Below are positions 51,108-64,000 of a DNA stretch of 64,000 bases, one piece after another. Both the position numbers and the translations under genes were made by a program. The notes beneath the pieces were generated by a model. That model was not told the DNA's origin. It worked only from the letters and a program-made list of their open reading frames with translations, and made no database searches. The DNA comes from Owenia fusiformis (lineage: Eukaryota): the NCBI GenBank assembly GCA_903813345.2, contig CAIIXF020000001.1, positions 13,144,001 through 13,208,000 on the forward strand, in the 5' to 3' direction. Within the stretch, counting starts at the first letter, position 1, and every line of letters starts with the position of its first letter.

Positions 51108-54100
51108 ATGGACTCTTGGATTCCTAATCCCCGCGCTCAACCATTTGTTCCCCGGAGATACCATGGGGGAGGGGGTTATGCCTCAGGGATTCACTTCTCC
51201 CAGATCAGGTCCAGACGATTTATCACCAAAATATTCCAGGTATTTATCAATCTGTTTATGTTTATAATTAATTAGAGTTTAAAGTTTAAAAAAGTTTCAA
51301 TTCATTACAACCAGATACTTGTTTGTAATTGCTGAAGGGCATTTTAATGATATGTATTGCCTGGCGAATATTAAATGCTATGCATTTCCTGTAAATTTGC
51401 AAGTGCTAAATATTGCAACAAAGATAAAGTACCTTCATAAAACACATCACTTTATTTCTAATGATTTTTATTGGCAAGAAAACAGCAATCTTTCGCAACA
51501 CTGTGACAAATGTAATTTTTCAATGGCGAGTGTGATAAGACGAATCATTTACCGATTAGAGAGTTAAACAAAAATCCTAGGACCTACACTGGTCATATAT
51601 AAGAGAATTTATAATATACATTAATTCTTGTATAATTTTATAGGTATATATAAATATAAGTGATAAAGCTGATCTGATGAAGAATATATTAACAAAGGAG
51701 GAGGGAAATTAGCGCAACAGATTTTGTACAGTCATATGTTGGATTTTGGCCATTTTCTGAGGATTTAAACAATTGCATATGTTAGGCCAATGCATTACCT
51801 CCAGGAAAATCACTTCTAGAGATGATAAAATAATTTCGACTTTGAGACAGGTTAGATGCAAACAACCCACCCACATGATTTTTCTGAAATGTTTTCCTAT
51901 TTTTCGACCCCTTCCATCCCTGCTTTTTTAATTTTTCTTGCATCAATATGTTGCATTTTGACACATAGTTAACCACTTTAAAGGAATAAGTGATTCCTTC
52001 AGGGGTTTTAAAGATACCCATTATGGGTGACCAAACTTAGCTGAAAGCAATGATTTTTCCTATGGGAAAATAACATGGGAAATATTGTTTTCCACTTTAT
52101 CTAAATGGAATCATTTATTCCTTTTAAGGGATCAACTGTGTGTCAAAACGCAACATATTGATGCAAGAAAAATTAAAAAAGAAAGGATGGAAGGGGTTGA
52201 AAATCAGGAAAACATCTCAGAAAAAACATGTGGGTGGGTTGTTTGCAACTACCCTGTCTCAAAGTCAAAATTATTTTATCATCTCTAGAAGTGATTTTCC
52301 TGGAGGTAAAACATTCGCCTAACATATGCACCTGTTTAAATCCCCAGGAAATGGCCGAAATCCAACATATGACTGTCCAAAATCTGTTGCGCTAACTTCC
52401 CTCCTCCTTTGATGAAAGGAATGGTTAAATATGTGACCATATCATAATTTATTTTAGGGGTTCCTGGTGATAGTGTTGATGGGGACATTGATGATCAATA
52501 TAATGTTTATAATGGACACAAGCAAGAAACTCCAACAAGATCCGCAGAAGGACTATAGCACAGGTAAGTAAGAAGCAACTCAAATGCTTAATCACAAAAG
52601 AGGGTAATGTGTGTTTAGAATTACAGTAAAACCTGTGAACAGAAAACAGTCTGGCCATTCGAGCCAAAACCGTTCCTCCGTGTTTTGTGCCAACCCAAAA
52701 ACTAAATTATTGTTGAATAAGCATATATTTATCGTTGAGGATTTACTGTGCTAAACATACTTTGAGGTTTGATGCAAACTAGTTAACTTAACCAGGGGGC
52801 CATTAACAGAAACTTTGTTAAGTTAAGAATTCGTAAAATCCACTGTTCTCTAACTGTGACATCATTATATCAATGGTTACAACAATTGATTTACAAATTC
52901 ATAACTTTACAAAGTTTCTGTTAATGACCCCCAGTTTAGGAAGATAGGTTTCGGCATTATATTTAAGTCTCAACAAAAATGGAATAATAGTCAATTTATA
53001 TTGTCTTGAAGGATTTAGAAATCGTCATTTTGACTAACACACATGGATTCTTATTACTCATTTTGTTAATTATTGAATGAGAAGGTTCCCTATTGGCTTC
53101 TTACACCTCTCATCATCAGATATTTTAATTGAAAAACAAGACTCAAGGTTGAATGAAATACCTTGGAGATACAGAGAGTGAGACAATATCGACATTAAAC
53201 TACATTAAACGCCATTTTCATGGCATTTTGGCGTCAATTCTTAGAAACTGTTTCACTAAATTGGGTAGTGTTAACACCTGGCCTTTGTACATCTCATAAA
53301 GTTGCATGTAAAGTTGATTGCTAGTAAGGTGAAATATTGTGATGTTTAATGATCAGGGTCTAATATAGTTTCCGACATTCTCCAAACACTCTCCCCTGGG
53401 CAGGGAATAAGAAAAAATGAACCTTTAGAAGATAAAAGTTTGGTGAAATATAATCTTTCCTCTGGTGATTGTTTTCTAGCTTCGTGACTTGTCTCTGTTT
53501 ATCTGAAAAGTGAGATTATTTATCTTGATCTTGGTTTCTCTCCTTGATTTATTTAGCAATGTGGCATTGTTCTCTGTAGAATTGTTCTCTTTAAATGTTC
53601 TATTACCCATTTTGACTTGCGAGCTATCTTCAATTATTCTGTATCATTGGTTCATCTGCTGTTCTTCATATGGAATATTTCTAGATACAATGTTTGCAGA
53701 AATTGTATCATTTGCTCATCAAACCTTCTTTGATCCTTAATCTGATAAATTACAAGGGAATCAAATTACTGTATTCTATTAATGAGACCTAGTGGCATAA
53801 AACCTGTTTTCTAATTTCATGAGGTTCAAACTCGACAACACATCTTGGTTGTCCCTTCAGTTAAATTTTATTTTTATTCCAATAAAATTGGCCATACACG
53901 TAACATTGATATGAAAATAAGTTCAGAGGGCCAAACTTATAGGCTTTTAATATAGAACATGAGCGTCAATTAGTCCATGTTAAAGTGTCTAAAGTCTCAT
54001 CGATCCTAACCATTTATCTCAGCTGTAGCTCCTTAAATCCAATAAATTTGTGTATTTAGGAAGAAGAAATTTAATTATGGGGATTGGACAGCAGATAATG

Positions 54101-57100
54101 GTTTTAAGTGATTCCCTAATAAGTAAAATTCCAAAGGATTCTCGATATATAAGATACTGTCTCTGAGTACATACTACACTCAATCAGTCAACGACCTTCA
54201 ATTTGTCTTAACAGATTAAGTTTTAATCCCTAAGTTGGAAAAATTGCTCATTGTACATACACATAGTGAGATATCACGGCCTTTTATCAGTTGCTCTTTA
54301 AATAGTTTCTGGGTAAAAACCAGAGAAATGTAATAAGTATCAGAATGTATTTAAGACATTAATTGATTGAACTAAACCAAGATTTATGCAATGCTTCATA
54401 ATAATAGCTGGTGTCATTTTCCTGAATTAATTAATCAGGAACTTGAGTAAGGTCTGATTTCAAGCTATTGTGTGATAAATAGTCATGTTAAGTAACTAGG
54501 AAGGGCTGGTATTCCTCATTGTATCATAAGAGGTTTCCATACTTTTCACAACCTGATCATTAGATCCTGGAATAATTCTTCTATTCTGGTTGTCTTGTTC
54601 TTCGATGTAATGTAGAGATGGATTCTTTTTATTTTCCTCAAGGATCAATTTACTAGATTTATCGCCTATTTAGGTTACATTTACAAATCTTTTGTATTCC
54701 TAAGAGCTGGCATTTAAGGAGATGTCATTTGTCACTATATTATATTATCAAGCAATTGATTTTGCTCATTTCTGTTTCGATATCTTGAATGTTGTTTTCG
54801 CAAAAAACTTCCCAAGTTCAGAATTTCTAAATACAAATATTTTTCAATATTTTTCAAAATTTAACCATGGTAATAGATTGAATTTTGGTATCTTTTCTTG
54901 AACTGACACCATGGTAACTGTTCGTCACAAGAGGTTGACTGTCAGTCTCTAATAAAAAAACAAGCTTGAAAATCCAAATTCAAACCATTGCACAGTCATT
55001 GTTCTAACCATTTTTGTAATGATTGCCAACCATTGTTATGAAACCATTACAATTGTGGCTGCAACTGTGGCTGAAAATGTTTCAATGATTTGTAACCATA
55101 GCAGTTTGACTAGAGTCAATGGGTTTCTGAGAATTAAATTGGAAGATGGAAAATTTTAGAAAATCAATGTTCGATTCTGTGCCAAGAAAATTGATACATC
55201 CTAACTGGATGTTTATACAGTATAATACACAACAAAATTCTGTTAGCATAACTTAATTCCTGGACCTAACAACCTGGTAATATTGTAAGAAAATTCGCAA
55301 CCTTATCTTCGATAAAGTAATAGTGAGTCTAGGATATGTTGTAGAGTGAGACCATATTAGCAAGTATTGATCATATATTTGGCGGATCTTGGCTGGTGTT
55401 CAACCGTATCATTCACAAATTCCAAATCCCTTTTCTTAATAATTTGATAGCATGAAACAATTAACCAGAGTAGACGAGATGGCTATTTTTCTGTGAAATA
55501 ATCATGCGCTAAATGAGCAGCATATTGAAGTAAAGGAAGCGCTAAATGAGCGTAAGGGACATTGACAAATTGATCAGGAATACCATTCATCTTTTCGCTG
55601 AAATTATTTTGCTCATTTTACCGTGTTTGGGCTATAAATAATTCTCACATAGGATGCCCTAATTGTTCCTTTAGCATGTTTATCAGTCCATAAGACTTGA
55701 ATTATTAAGACCTTGCTCAATAAAGACTACAGACATCAGCTTATAGCACCTATTAGCTTCCTAATTATCACCCGGATTGATGATTGTCCTAAAATATAAT
55801 ATAGAGTACTGTTCATTGCGGGACATCGATAAAACCTGACCAGCTGTGGAGAAATATCGAAATAACCTCCATAATATTCTGGATCAATGTCTAAAAATGG
55901 CACCGAGGGATTTTCCTTGGATTTAGATATATTGTTGGTGATAAAGCAAAAGTCTCTGGATAATAGAAATGGCTCACTAGGAGACATCAGTCAATAAAAT
56001 CACACTAAATTTGACAGCCTGATTGATTACTTTGACGGTCACCTTCCAATGGCTAGACAATAATCTAAAAATGGCAAAGCATCCCTGAGCCTTTCAATCT
56101 GAGAAAATCAGACCAGAGTACTGTTTTTTTGTAGGGGCCTCAAAAAAGTGACATATTTATTATGAAATATAGGGATATCCTAACCTGTGTGGTAATCAAT
56201 GAGATTGAACATGCATTTTTTGCATTAATATCAATTGTGCTTATGTTTTCACTTATTGGACAATTGTAAATGATTCAAAACCAATGTCAATGTCACTTTG
56301 GGGTGTATTATATGAGAACCCCACCCCCTTTTATCTTGTATTGTATTGTATAATGCAATAAGGATGTGAAGGGTTTAATAAAATGAATTATTTCTCTTAT
56401 TCTCTAAGATGCATTTAATAAACTCCCAGAGATCAAGCTGATCAATACCATTTTTAAAAGTTTGATTTTGCCTATTTAATAGATCTTGAACTACTATACA
56501 AGTCTCTGAAACTCAGAGTATTTGATCACCATTCTCTCATTTTTTCTCTATTTTAACTTCTATTCTGGTAGGAAATTGGGAAATATCGAAAGAACCTCCT
56601 GTGTCAATATTAAGCTCATTTTTAATGTCACCACCACAACTGGTTACAGATCATAGTCTCCCACCTTTATGGCGACGGTTAGCTGTTGGTGTTCAGGTGG
56701 TGACATTTTGCATGTTAATGACTTGTGGACAAAGAATTTTGAAATTCTTTTGGAAATATGATGTACGGTACATGCATTTATGTTCTTGTAAGATGAATAT
56801 TTGGGGCCCAGTGAAATGGATTAGTTAAAGACAAGCTTAAGACATTGTCATTCAAATGGGATTACTAGATACTTTGTCTGAAACACTTAACATCAATCAC
56901 TCAGAATTTCTGTGTAATAAAACATTAAAAATGTCTTACATTTTGTTTAGAAGTCTGATTGAAATTATGTACATCATATATGCACATTATGCGCATCTGA
57001 TACATGAACATGTATTGTTGTGAGTGAAATGATTTATTCTCCACATTAAGGCTCTTTTAAATTGACATACTAATGCCTTTCTAGATTTACCTTTATATGA

Positions 57101-60100
57101 AGAAGACTTTTTGTAAAACTGAATATACTAGTATTCAGGAAAAGTGAGAGAAGATATCTTGCAAGGATTTCCTATTTGAATATCACTTTTACAACAGGAA
57201 TTGCCTCCTTGTAGCTCCTCCTAATGCTATATGTATGTTGCATATATCTGAAGTAAAGGGTATTATACAATGATCAATGTGGTATTAACCACAGCCCTTG
57301 CTATCTCATTTGATAAAGAGGGACTTTGAAATGTGAATAAAGGATCACTTATATAAAGGATCTATAGAATAATAGAGAACTTAGGTCTATCAGGAAATGC
57401 AAGGCTTTAAATGCTCCTTAGCAATCAATAGTGACATATTTTCGGATGATAAATAAAGGAACAATTAGACTGAGGATTGATTGCTATATTATTGAAACTG
57501 TAACTAAACACAAAAATGTTCAATTTTCTCTACTGCTTCACTTGACTATAATGGTCCTATCAGTGAAAGTAATAATTCATTATAGAAACAGAATTGTTCA
57601 CTAGCTCAGTAGCTTCATTTTGTAATAGTTGGTAGTCAAACCTGTAAAGGTGAACACTTCTTGAAGTGGAACATGTCCCAAGTGGAACACTTTTCAAAGC
57701 CCTATTTTCATAACTTAATGTACTAAATGTATGTTGAACATCTCCCTCATAATGTGAGGCACTAAAGATGTTCTACTTCCTCAGGATTGAATTTAATGAA
57801 TGGAATTCAGGAATAGAAATCACAACCTATTTTTACATACTACTCCAAAATGTTTTCAAATAAAGAATGTTCCAATTCTCCCACAAGACATTTAGGATAA
57901 TTGTACACCATGTCTCATCAAATGATAAAAATCAGGCAGTAATATATCTTGGTAAGAATGACAGACAAATCATGTAGATTGTGTTTTCAATAATTCTCTG
58001 GTATCATTATTGTATGTTTAGTAGAGTTAAAAAGCCTTTTTATTGTGTGTTTATTACTCAATTGTATTGATAAATTCAGGGTGAGCAAAAATCTTGACAG
58101 CTAGAATATCATGTTAATAAGCTGTGAATGTCCCATGATATTAATTGTAACAAATTAATAGTGTTTATGTAAGCAATGCTCAGCAATGCTCAATGCTCAC
58201 ATTAGAGCACTTGTGAGTCTATAAACATCTTAAAATATATGCCTGAGGTACTGAAATCAGTGCGTGCATAAGATATGATGAACTTATTCAAAAAAATGTC
58301 ATAACCAATGATGCCTTGAATCTTAATTCAAATTTGTCAACATGTAATGCAAACTCCAAGATATAAATATCAATATCACATTTCCTATTGCTTGCAGATA
58401 TTCAGCATGAGATGCCAGAAGGAATGGAGAATTTGAACCAAGGGCCAAGGAGAATTCTAGAAAAGCCAAAGACACTTGCAGTTGAAGTAGTATCAAGCAG
58501 AAATAAAGTGTCAGTTGGAGTAGATGGTACAATGGTATGTCAAATACATGTACCTATGTCAAAGTACGATGTCAGGTGCACGCTTCTTCTTTGGTAATGT
58601 TGTGTGTCAGCTACACGATTGTGTTAACATGTGAAAACATGATTTGACAAATGAAATTCACAGTAATATGCATCATGTCCATGTGTTATCATTCTCCTAA
58701 GCAGGTATCCAGAATCCGTACCTCCTTCTTCCCCCTGCTATAACCAATTTGGAAGCGCCCGATTAAACTGAATCACCTGATCTAATTATGCGCAATGATT
58801 TATACATGATTTCTGTCGCAGTGTTGCAACAGCCAATCAGATTGCGAGTTCTTAATCGGGGAAATGCTAACTGCTTATCGCAGGAGGTAAAAAGAAAGAA
58901 TATATTCTGGATTTTGAAGCCCTGTGATCGGAGGATGATGTGTTATCTGTCAAAGCATTGGAGAAAAAATGTTGTATGTTAGAATTGATTAAACTTCAAA
59001 TGATGATCAAAAGTTATAAAAAAAGTTACAAAAGATTTGTTACACGTCCTAAACTCTGATTAATATGAAATCACTTATTGGTGGTGAAACAAAAACCTGT
59101 AAACTGTTGAAAAATGTCAAAGAAATAATAAACTAATTTATAAGTTTGATTTTTAGATTCTTGAAGATGATGAAGTTGAAAAGAATCGTGGAATCCACAT
59201 CCTGGTACTTCACCAAGGCACAGGAAGCGTCATGGCCAAACGTTTGTTTGACACATACTCGGCACATGAAGATGAGGCTATGGTTCTCTTTTTGAAGATG
59301 GTATCAGACGGGAGAATAATTATATTCACTGTCAAGGTACATAGAAGTTCAGTTTTTTTTCATCTGAAGGAAATTTTCATTTTTATTCGATAATTTTATA
59401 TTTTAGTTGTATCATAAAATTCCAGAGAATTGGACACTCATTATGAATGTAAAACTAACAAGTATTTGAAAAGGATGAGATATTTCTTAAAATTGTAACA
59501 TTGTTTGTGTTGACATTGTTTTTCAATCCAAAGACGTCAGAGGCAAGTATTTTTTGATGTTGTTCATAACATTTTAGTCATAAGATATTTTACACTATAA
59601 AAATATGTCATTTTAAACCACCAAACCTGATAAAATAGATAAAGGGTGTAGCACTACTAGCACTAACAGCTCTACAAGCTCTAACCTAACGTACCACATA
59701 CAGTGAAACCTATACATTTGAATACTTTTTCCTGGTGCCAATATTTCTTTTAGGGGTCAGGGTGAAAAACACAAATTTTAAAGGTCCAAGACTAAAACAT
59801 CGGTTGTCTGTTTATGTATTAAGGAATGATTATTTATTTCCACATTTATTTATTTGCATTTGTACATTCATTTTCAGCAGTTCATTTTTTCTTTTAACAC
59901 TTTTAACACATTTCTAATTTTGTCTCATGTTTTGCGGCAAAAATCATTCAATTCTTGAAAAATGTATCAAATCAATTGATAAATCATCTGGTCAATATAC
60001 ATAGGTGACCCAAATATCAATATATCAAAGTTTAGCCTTCTAAACTAAAAAACTGCTTATTATTTTTCCAGGATGAAGGGTCCTTCCAGATGAAGACCAC

Positions 60101-62782
60101 TGCCAGAGAGTTGCTGAAATCTCTGGGGAGTGATAAGGCCCAGGTGATTGGATGGCGTGACATGTGGGCCATGGTCACCATAAAAGGAGGTATGTCAAGT
60201 ATTTATCATCATGTGAACCATGGGTGACATCACATCAAGTTACCATAGTAACCATGAAATAAACCAATTATATAGTAGAAGCTTTATTCTTGAGGTATTA
60301 AATCAATACTCCTTGGGAAACATTTGTACCAAGTTTCAAGAAGATTGATCCAGCGGTAATGAAATGGCAACACCTTTGATGTTACTTCTAGATCACCCTG
60401 TAGATCTTCAGCCTCTGAATGCAGGACTCCAGATGTCATCCATTCTTTTCCTTACACAGTAGCTAAGGGTGGATGATGTCCTGAGCCCTGTGTTTGTGGA
60501 ATGAAAATCTTGAGATTTGTTATTTGCACATGATGCAGTACTTATGTTTCGGGTAGTATAGAATATTTATTGCCTTTGATTACTACCTTGGTTCCATTAG
60601 TGACTTGCTTATTTTGTGCTTTAGGTGCTAAACTGGGGGAGTCCCATAGTAAATCTGCAGATTTGCAGAGCTGGGGTTCACCAATATTGCTCAAGGCTGA
60701 CATACCTCTCAGGCCAGTTGAAGGTAAACAAACATTCTGTTTATTTTATCTTAAACCAGAATAATCAAGCACTTTTCCAGTGGGTGTATCATTTTTTCAA
60801 AAGATATATAATATATTAGGAATGATTTGGAGAGAAAGTTAATAATTTTTATGTCACCACCACATGGTGTTTGGTGGTTGGTGTTTAATATTCAGTGTTT
60901 GGTGGTTTGTGTCTGTAACAAATAGCAGTTATGACATTTAACTTAATGTATTGTTATCTTTGTGAAAATAATAATTTTTTATCCTATGTATATATCTGGT
61001 TTGTTTGCATGTAATATTAGATACAGTTATACTGTAATTCCTGTGTTTGTGAATGCCTCTTTATAATGTCAACCTCAAAATGTGAACACTTTCTCAGTTC
61101 CATTTTTGTAAAGACTCTTTGTTGTTGATCACTTCAGATTGATCTCACACATGTATTCATACACTTTTGCAGAGACTGAGTGTGACTGGCCACAATCCGA
61201 TGTTAATGAGAGGAGACGTGCATTCTGCAGTAAGATAGAAGGTTATGGCAGTGTATGCAGCTGTAAAGACCCTGCTCCTCTTGAGTTCTTCCCTGCTCCA
61301 GTAAGTATCAGTTATCCCTACTTGCCTCAGTATTAAAAAGGTTTCCATCCTCTCTACCTGCCTTTGTATAAATAAAGTACCAATCTACCCCAACTCTACT
61401 GCAAGGTCGACCAAACCTAAAAAGGACCACAGGACTCATAAATGTGTTTTTCCTCATAATATTGCACAATGGTAATTTGTAAAGTTCCTCCTTACATGGT
61501 GATGACATCTTTATTTTACTATTGCTTAGAACTAACTACATAGGGATATATGATGATAACTTAATACATATACCTAGCGCGTAATATAAAGAATGACATC
61601 TTTATTAGCTCATTTTACTTCTACGAGTCCTTAGAATAACTACATACAGATATCTGGTATGTTATAACAATGACATATTTCTTCTAGCTGGCAGACAATA
61701 GAGTGCATGATGTGCCTGTTGCAGTTATAGCAAGTGACCGTCCACATTATTTATACAGGTTAGATATTTTTACAAATGGCTCTCTCATATACTGTTTGTA
61801 CATGTATTTAAATACTGGTAATCATTAAATAATTATCCCACCGAACAAAGTTCAAGGGGGATAAGAGAAGCCGTCCGTTCGTCTGTCCGTCCGTCCATCC
61901 GTGTGTCCGGGCGTTAACTCCAATACCGGTTGATGGATATGGTTCAAATTTTATAGTCTTATGCCTTATGAGTATAGGACCTCAGCTCGAGAAGGAATTT
62001 TCAATATGGCCGCTCAATTCAAAATGGCTGCCATTTTTCGTAAAAAATGTGATCGTTGATAACTCAAATACAAGTTGACGGATTTGGTTCAAATTTTATA
62101 TGCTGAGGCCGAGGGACAAAGGAGTTCGCACAAAAAGAGATTTTCAAGATGGCCACTTAATTTCAAAATGGCGGCCATTTTTCGTAAAAATATGTAATCT
62201 TTGATAACTCAAATACCAGTGAACGGATTTGGTTCAAATTTTATATGATGATGCTTAGGGACACAGTTGCTATGTTCGACAAAAGTTTTTCAAGATGGCG
62301 GCTGAATTTCAAGATGGCGGCCAATTTTCGTAAAAAACGTAATCTTTGATAACTCATATACCAGTGAACGGATTTGGTTCAAATTTTATATGATGATGCC
62401 TAGTTCACAATGGTATAAACTAACTTTGTGCCAAATTTCATGCTTCTATCACAAAGTGCACAAACATTTCAACATTTACACTAGCTATAATAAGCATAAT
62501 ATGTTTTGTTTGGTGGGATTTGCTACTCCGTGGAGTTGCTGTTTTTTCTAGTTGAAATTGAAAAGATATTGGAATAATTAAGTTGGATGATATATGCAAC
62601 AAATTATAGAGTTTTTGTCAGTTTTACATTAGTTTTTGCCCTAGCAAGAGTTCAGTATTGAGTCCATGAATCAAATACAGCCAAACTATATGTAATCTTA
62701 TTTTAGAATGTTGCGAAGCTTGCTATCTGCCCATGGTGTGAATCCAAGCATGATTACTGTCTACATAGATGGATACTTTGAG
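51108..62782 (+). CDS. POMGNT1: Protein O-linked-mannose beta-1,2-N-acetylglucosaminyltransferase 1 (first nine coding exons; the gene continues beyond the window)
   Basis: Exons 51108-51239 ([13 protein letters not shown]...), 52458-52563 (type II TM helix [21 protein letters not shown]), 58398-58534 ([18 protein letters not shown]), 59157-59336 ([36 protein letters not shown]), 60072-60189 (DEGSFQM...GWRDMW), 60625-60723, 61173-61300 ([23 protein letters not shown]), 61688-61758 ([16 protein letters not shown]), 62707-62782 ([11 protein letters not shown]...VYIDGYFE). All phases are compatible and the peptides match what I recall of vertebrate POMGNT1. Confidence 0.95.
51693..52411. mobile_element. 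Fold-back MITE with ~300-bp TIRs (Kolobok-like AAAGG...CCTTT ends) in a POMGNT1 intron
   Basis: CAAAGGAGGAGGGAAATTAGCGCAACAGATTTTG... / ...CAAAATCTGTTGCGCTAACTTCCCTCCTCCTTTG, with arms at ~51693-51995 and ~52108-52411. Confidence 0.85.
52796..52931. mobile_element. Harbinger-like MITE with a 3-bp CAG TSD
   Basis: CAG|GGGGCCATTAACAGAAACTTTGT...ACAAAGTTTCTGTTAATGACCCC|CAG. Confidence 0.75.
61833..62553 (+). mobile_element. Helentron-associated (HINE-like) element in a POMGNT1 intron
   Basis: 5' TTATCCCACCGAAC, a GTCC/GTCT microsatellite, about 3.5 tandem units of ~145 bp, and a 3' GGTGGGAT inverted repeat + GCTACTCCGTGGAGTTGC hairpin + CTAGTT. Confidence 0.8.
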
Positions 62783-62929
62783 GTGTGTAATCTTTTAAAA
62801 CATTTTGCAGCATCAATCAGAAATTTTTATCTCCCCACCACATAGTGTGAGGCTATATTGTGTATCAAATGTATTCATATAAAACTAGTGGGAATTGGAA
62901 GGAGGAGGCAGTATATTTATATGCTTCCT

Positions 62930-63870
62930 GGTCATCTCAACCCCAAGTCAACTCAACCCAGTCCAACTCAACCCCAAGTCAACTCAACCCCAAGTCAAGT
63001 CAACCCCAGTAAAACTCAAACCTAAGTCAAATCAACCCTGTAAAACTCAACCCCAGTAAAACTCAACCCCTATATTTCTATAATTGATAAACTTATAAGA
63101 AAGTTTATTTCATAAAAATAATTTTGATTATTCAGTTTGTGATTTTCATTCTTAGACCACTGACTTTTTAGATTAAAGTTAATAATGAGTGTATCTCCAA
63201 AATCTCAACATGGTACTAATAGGATTAAAATATGGGTCACTTTCCAGGGGCATAGCCAGCTTTCAGTCAGGAGGGATGCGATCGCCTAAAAAAATCAGGT
63301 TTTCAGTCAGGGGTGCCGATCGTGGCATTTTCTAGCCAAAAAAGATATGTTTTGACAAAAAATGATGCACCTTCCTGACTACGCCTATATGCTTTCAGTC
63401 TATTAATTAGTAAATGTTAATGATTTTGTTAATGCATGTTCATATAAATAAAAAGTTATATTACATTGTTAATTATTTCTAAATTATCATATAAATAAAA
63501 AAAAGTTATATTACATTGTTAATTATTTCTAAATTATCTAAAATTTGATTTCAAAAGATGTCTTAAATTAAATAATAGTGACAACTTGATGAATTATCCT
63601 TGAGCTTAACCGTTTTTTTGGAATACTTTTACAACTTTCTAAGTATCATGCAAAATGCTAGATTTTCAGAAATGAATGACTTAAATTATTCATCATAAAA
63701 TAATTAAATTAGACATTGCACAAATGAATAGGGTTGAGTTTTACTGGGGTTGAGTTTTACAGGGTTGAGTTGACTTAGGGTTGAGTTTTACTGGGGTTGA
63801 CTTGACTTGGGTTTGAGTTGACTTGGGGTTGAGTTGGACTGGGTTGAGATGACTTGGGGTTGAGATGACC
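62930..63870. mobile_element. Mutator-like non-autonomous element with TIRs built from ~16-bp AACTCAACCCC sub-repeats; contains a nested hAT-like MITE at ~63245-63391
   Basis: The array at 62930-63071 is the reverse complement of 63730-63870. The flanks ATGCTTCCT / ATACTTCTC resemble a decayed 9-bp TSD. Confidence 0.8.
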
Positions 63871-64000
63871 CATACTTCTCTAAAACTGCCTCATAATTAA
63901 AATGTTCTTGCCTGTTTTTTCAAGTTCAGGTTATTTAGAGTTCAACTGAGCATTGTAATGCTGTGTATAAAATGTGACCTTTAAATTTATTTTGTATTGT

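Noticed and set aside
51782-52322. Pair of similar ORFs on opposite strands
   Set aside because: They are a by-product of the fold-back MITE arms.

Overview
AT-rich animal genomic DNA. The repeat families look mollusc/lophotrochozoan-like, which is an inference. The left half is a single giant cut-and-paste DNA transposon at 1362-32116 (30,755 bp). It has a 4-bp target-site duplication (ACAC), terminal inverted repeats (TIRs) starting AAGTCCTGACTATTT, and mirror-image subterminal arrays of the perfect palindrome GTATAGAAATTTCTATAC. Inside are two head-to-head, intron-rich genes whose exons I could splice by hand into uninterrupted frames. On the minus strand is a DDD transposase of the DUF7869/Sola1-like type (11-12 exons, about 840-950 aa). 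On the plus strand is a 16-exon, about 743-aa protein with a ParB/Sulfiredoxin-like domain and a coiled coil. A ParB-like gene paired with arrays of palindromic boxes at both ends of a transposon is the most notable feature; a parS-like role for the boxes is a hypothesis only. The right half is CpG-poor host DNA with MITEs and Helentron-type repeats, plus the first nine coding exons of POMGNT1 (from 51108, continuing past the window). All gene models are manual and have no transcript or database confirmation.
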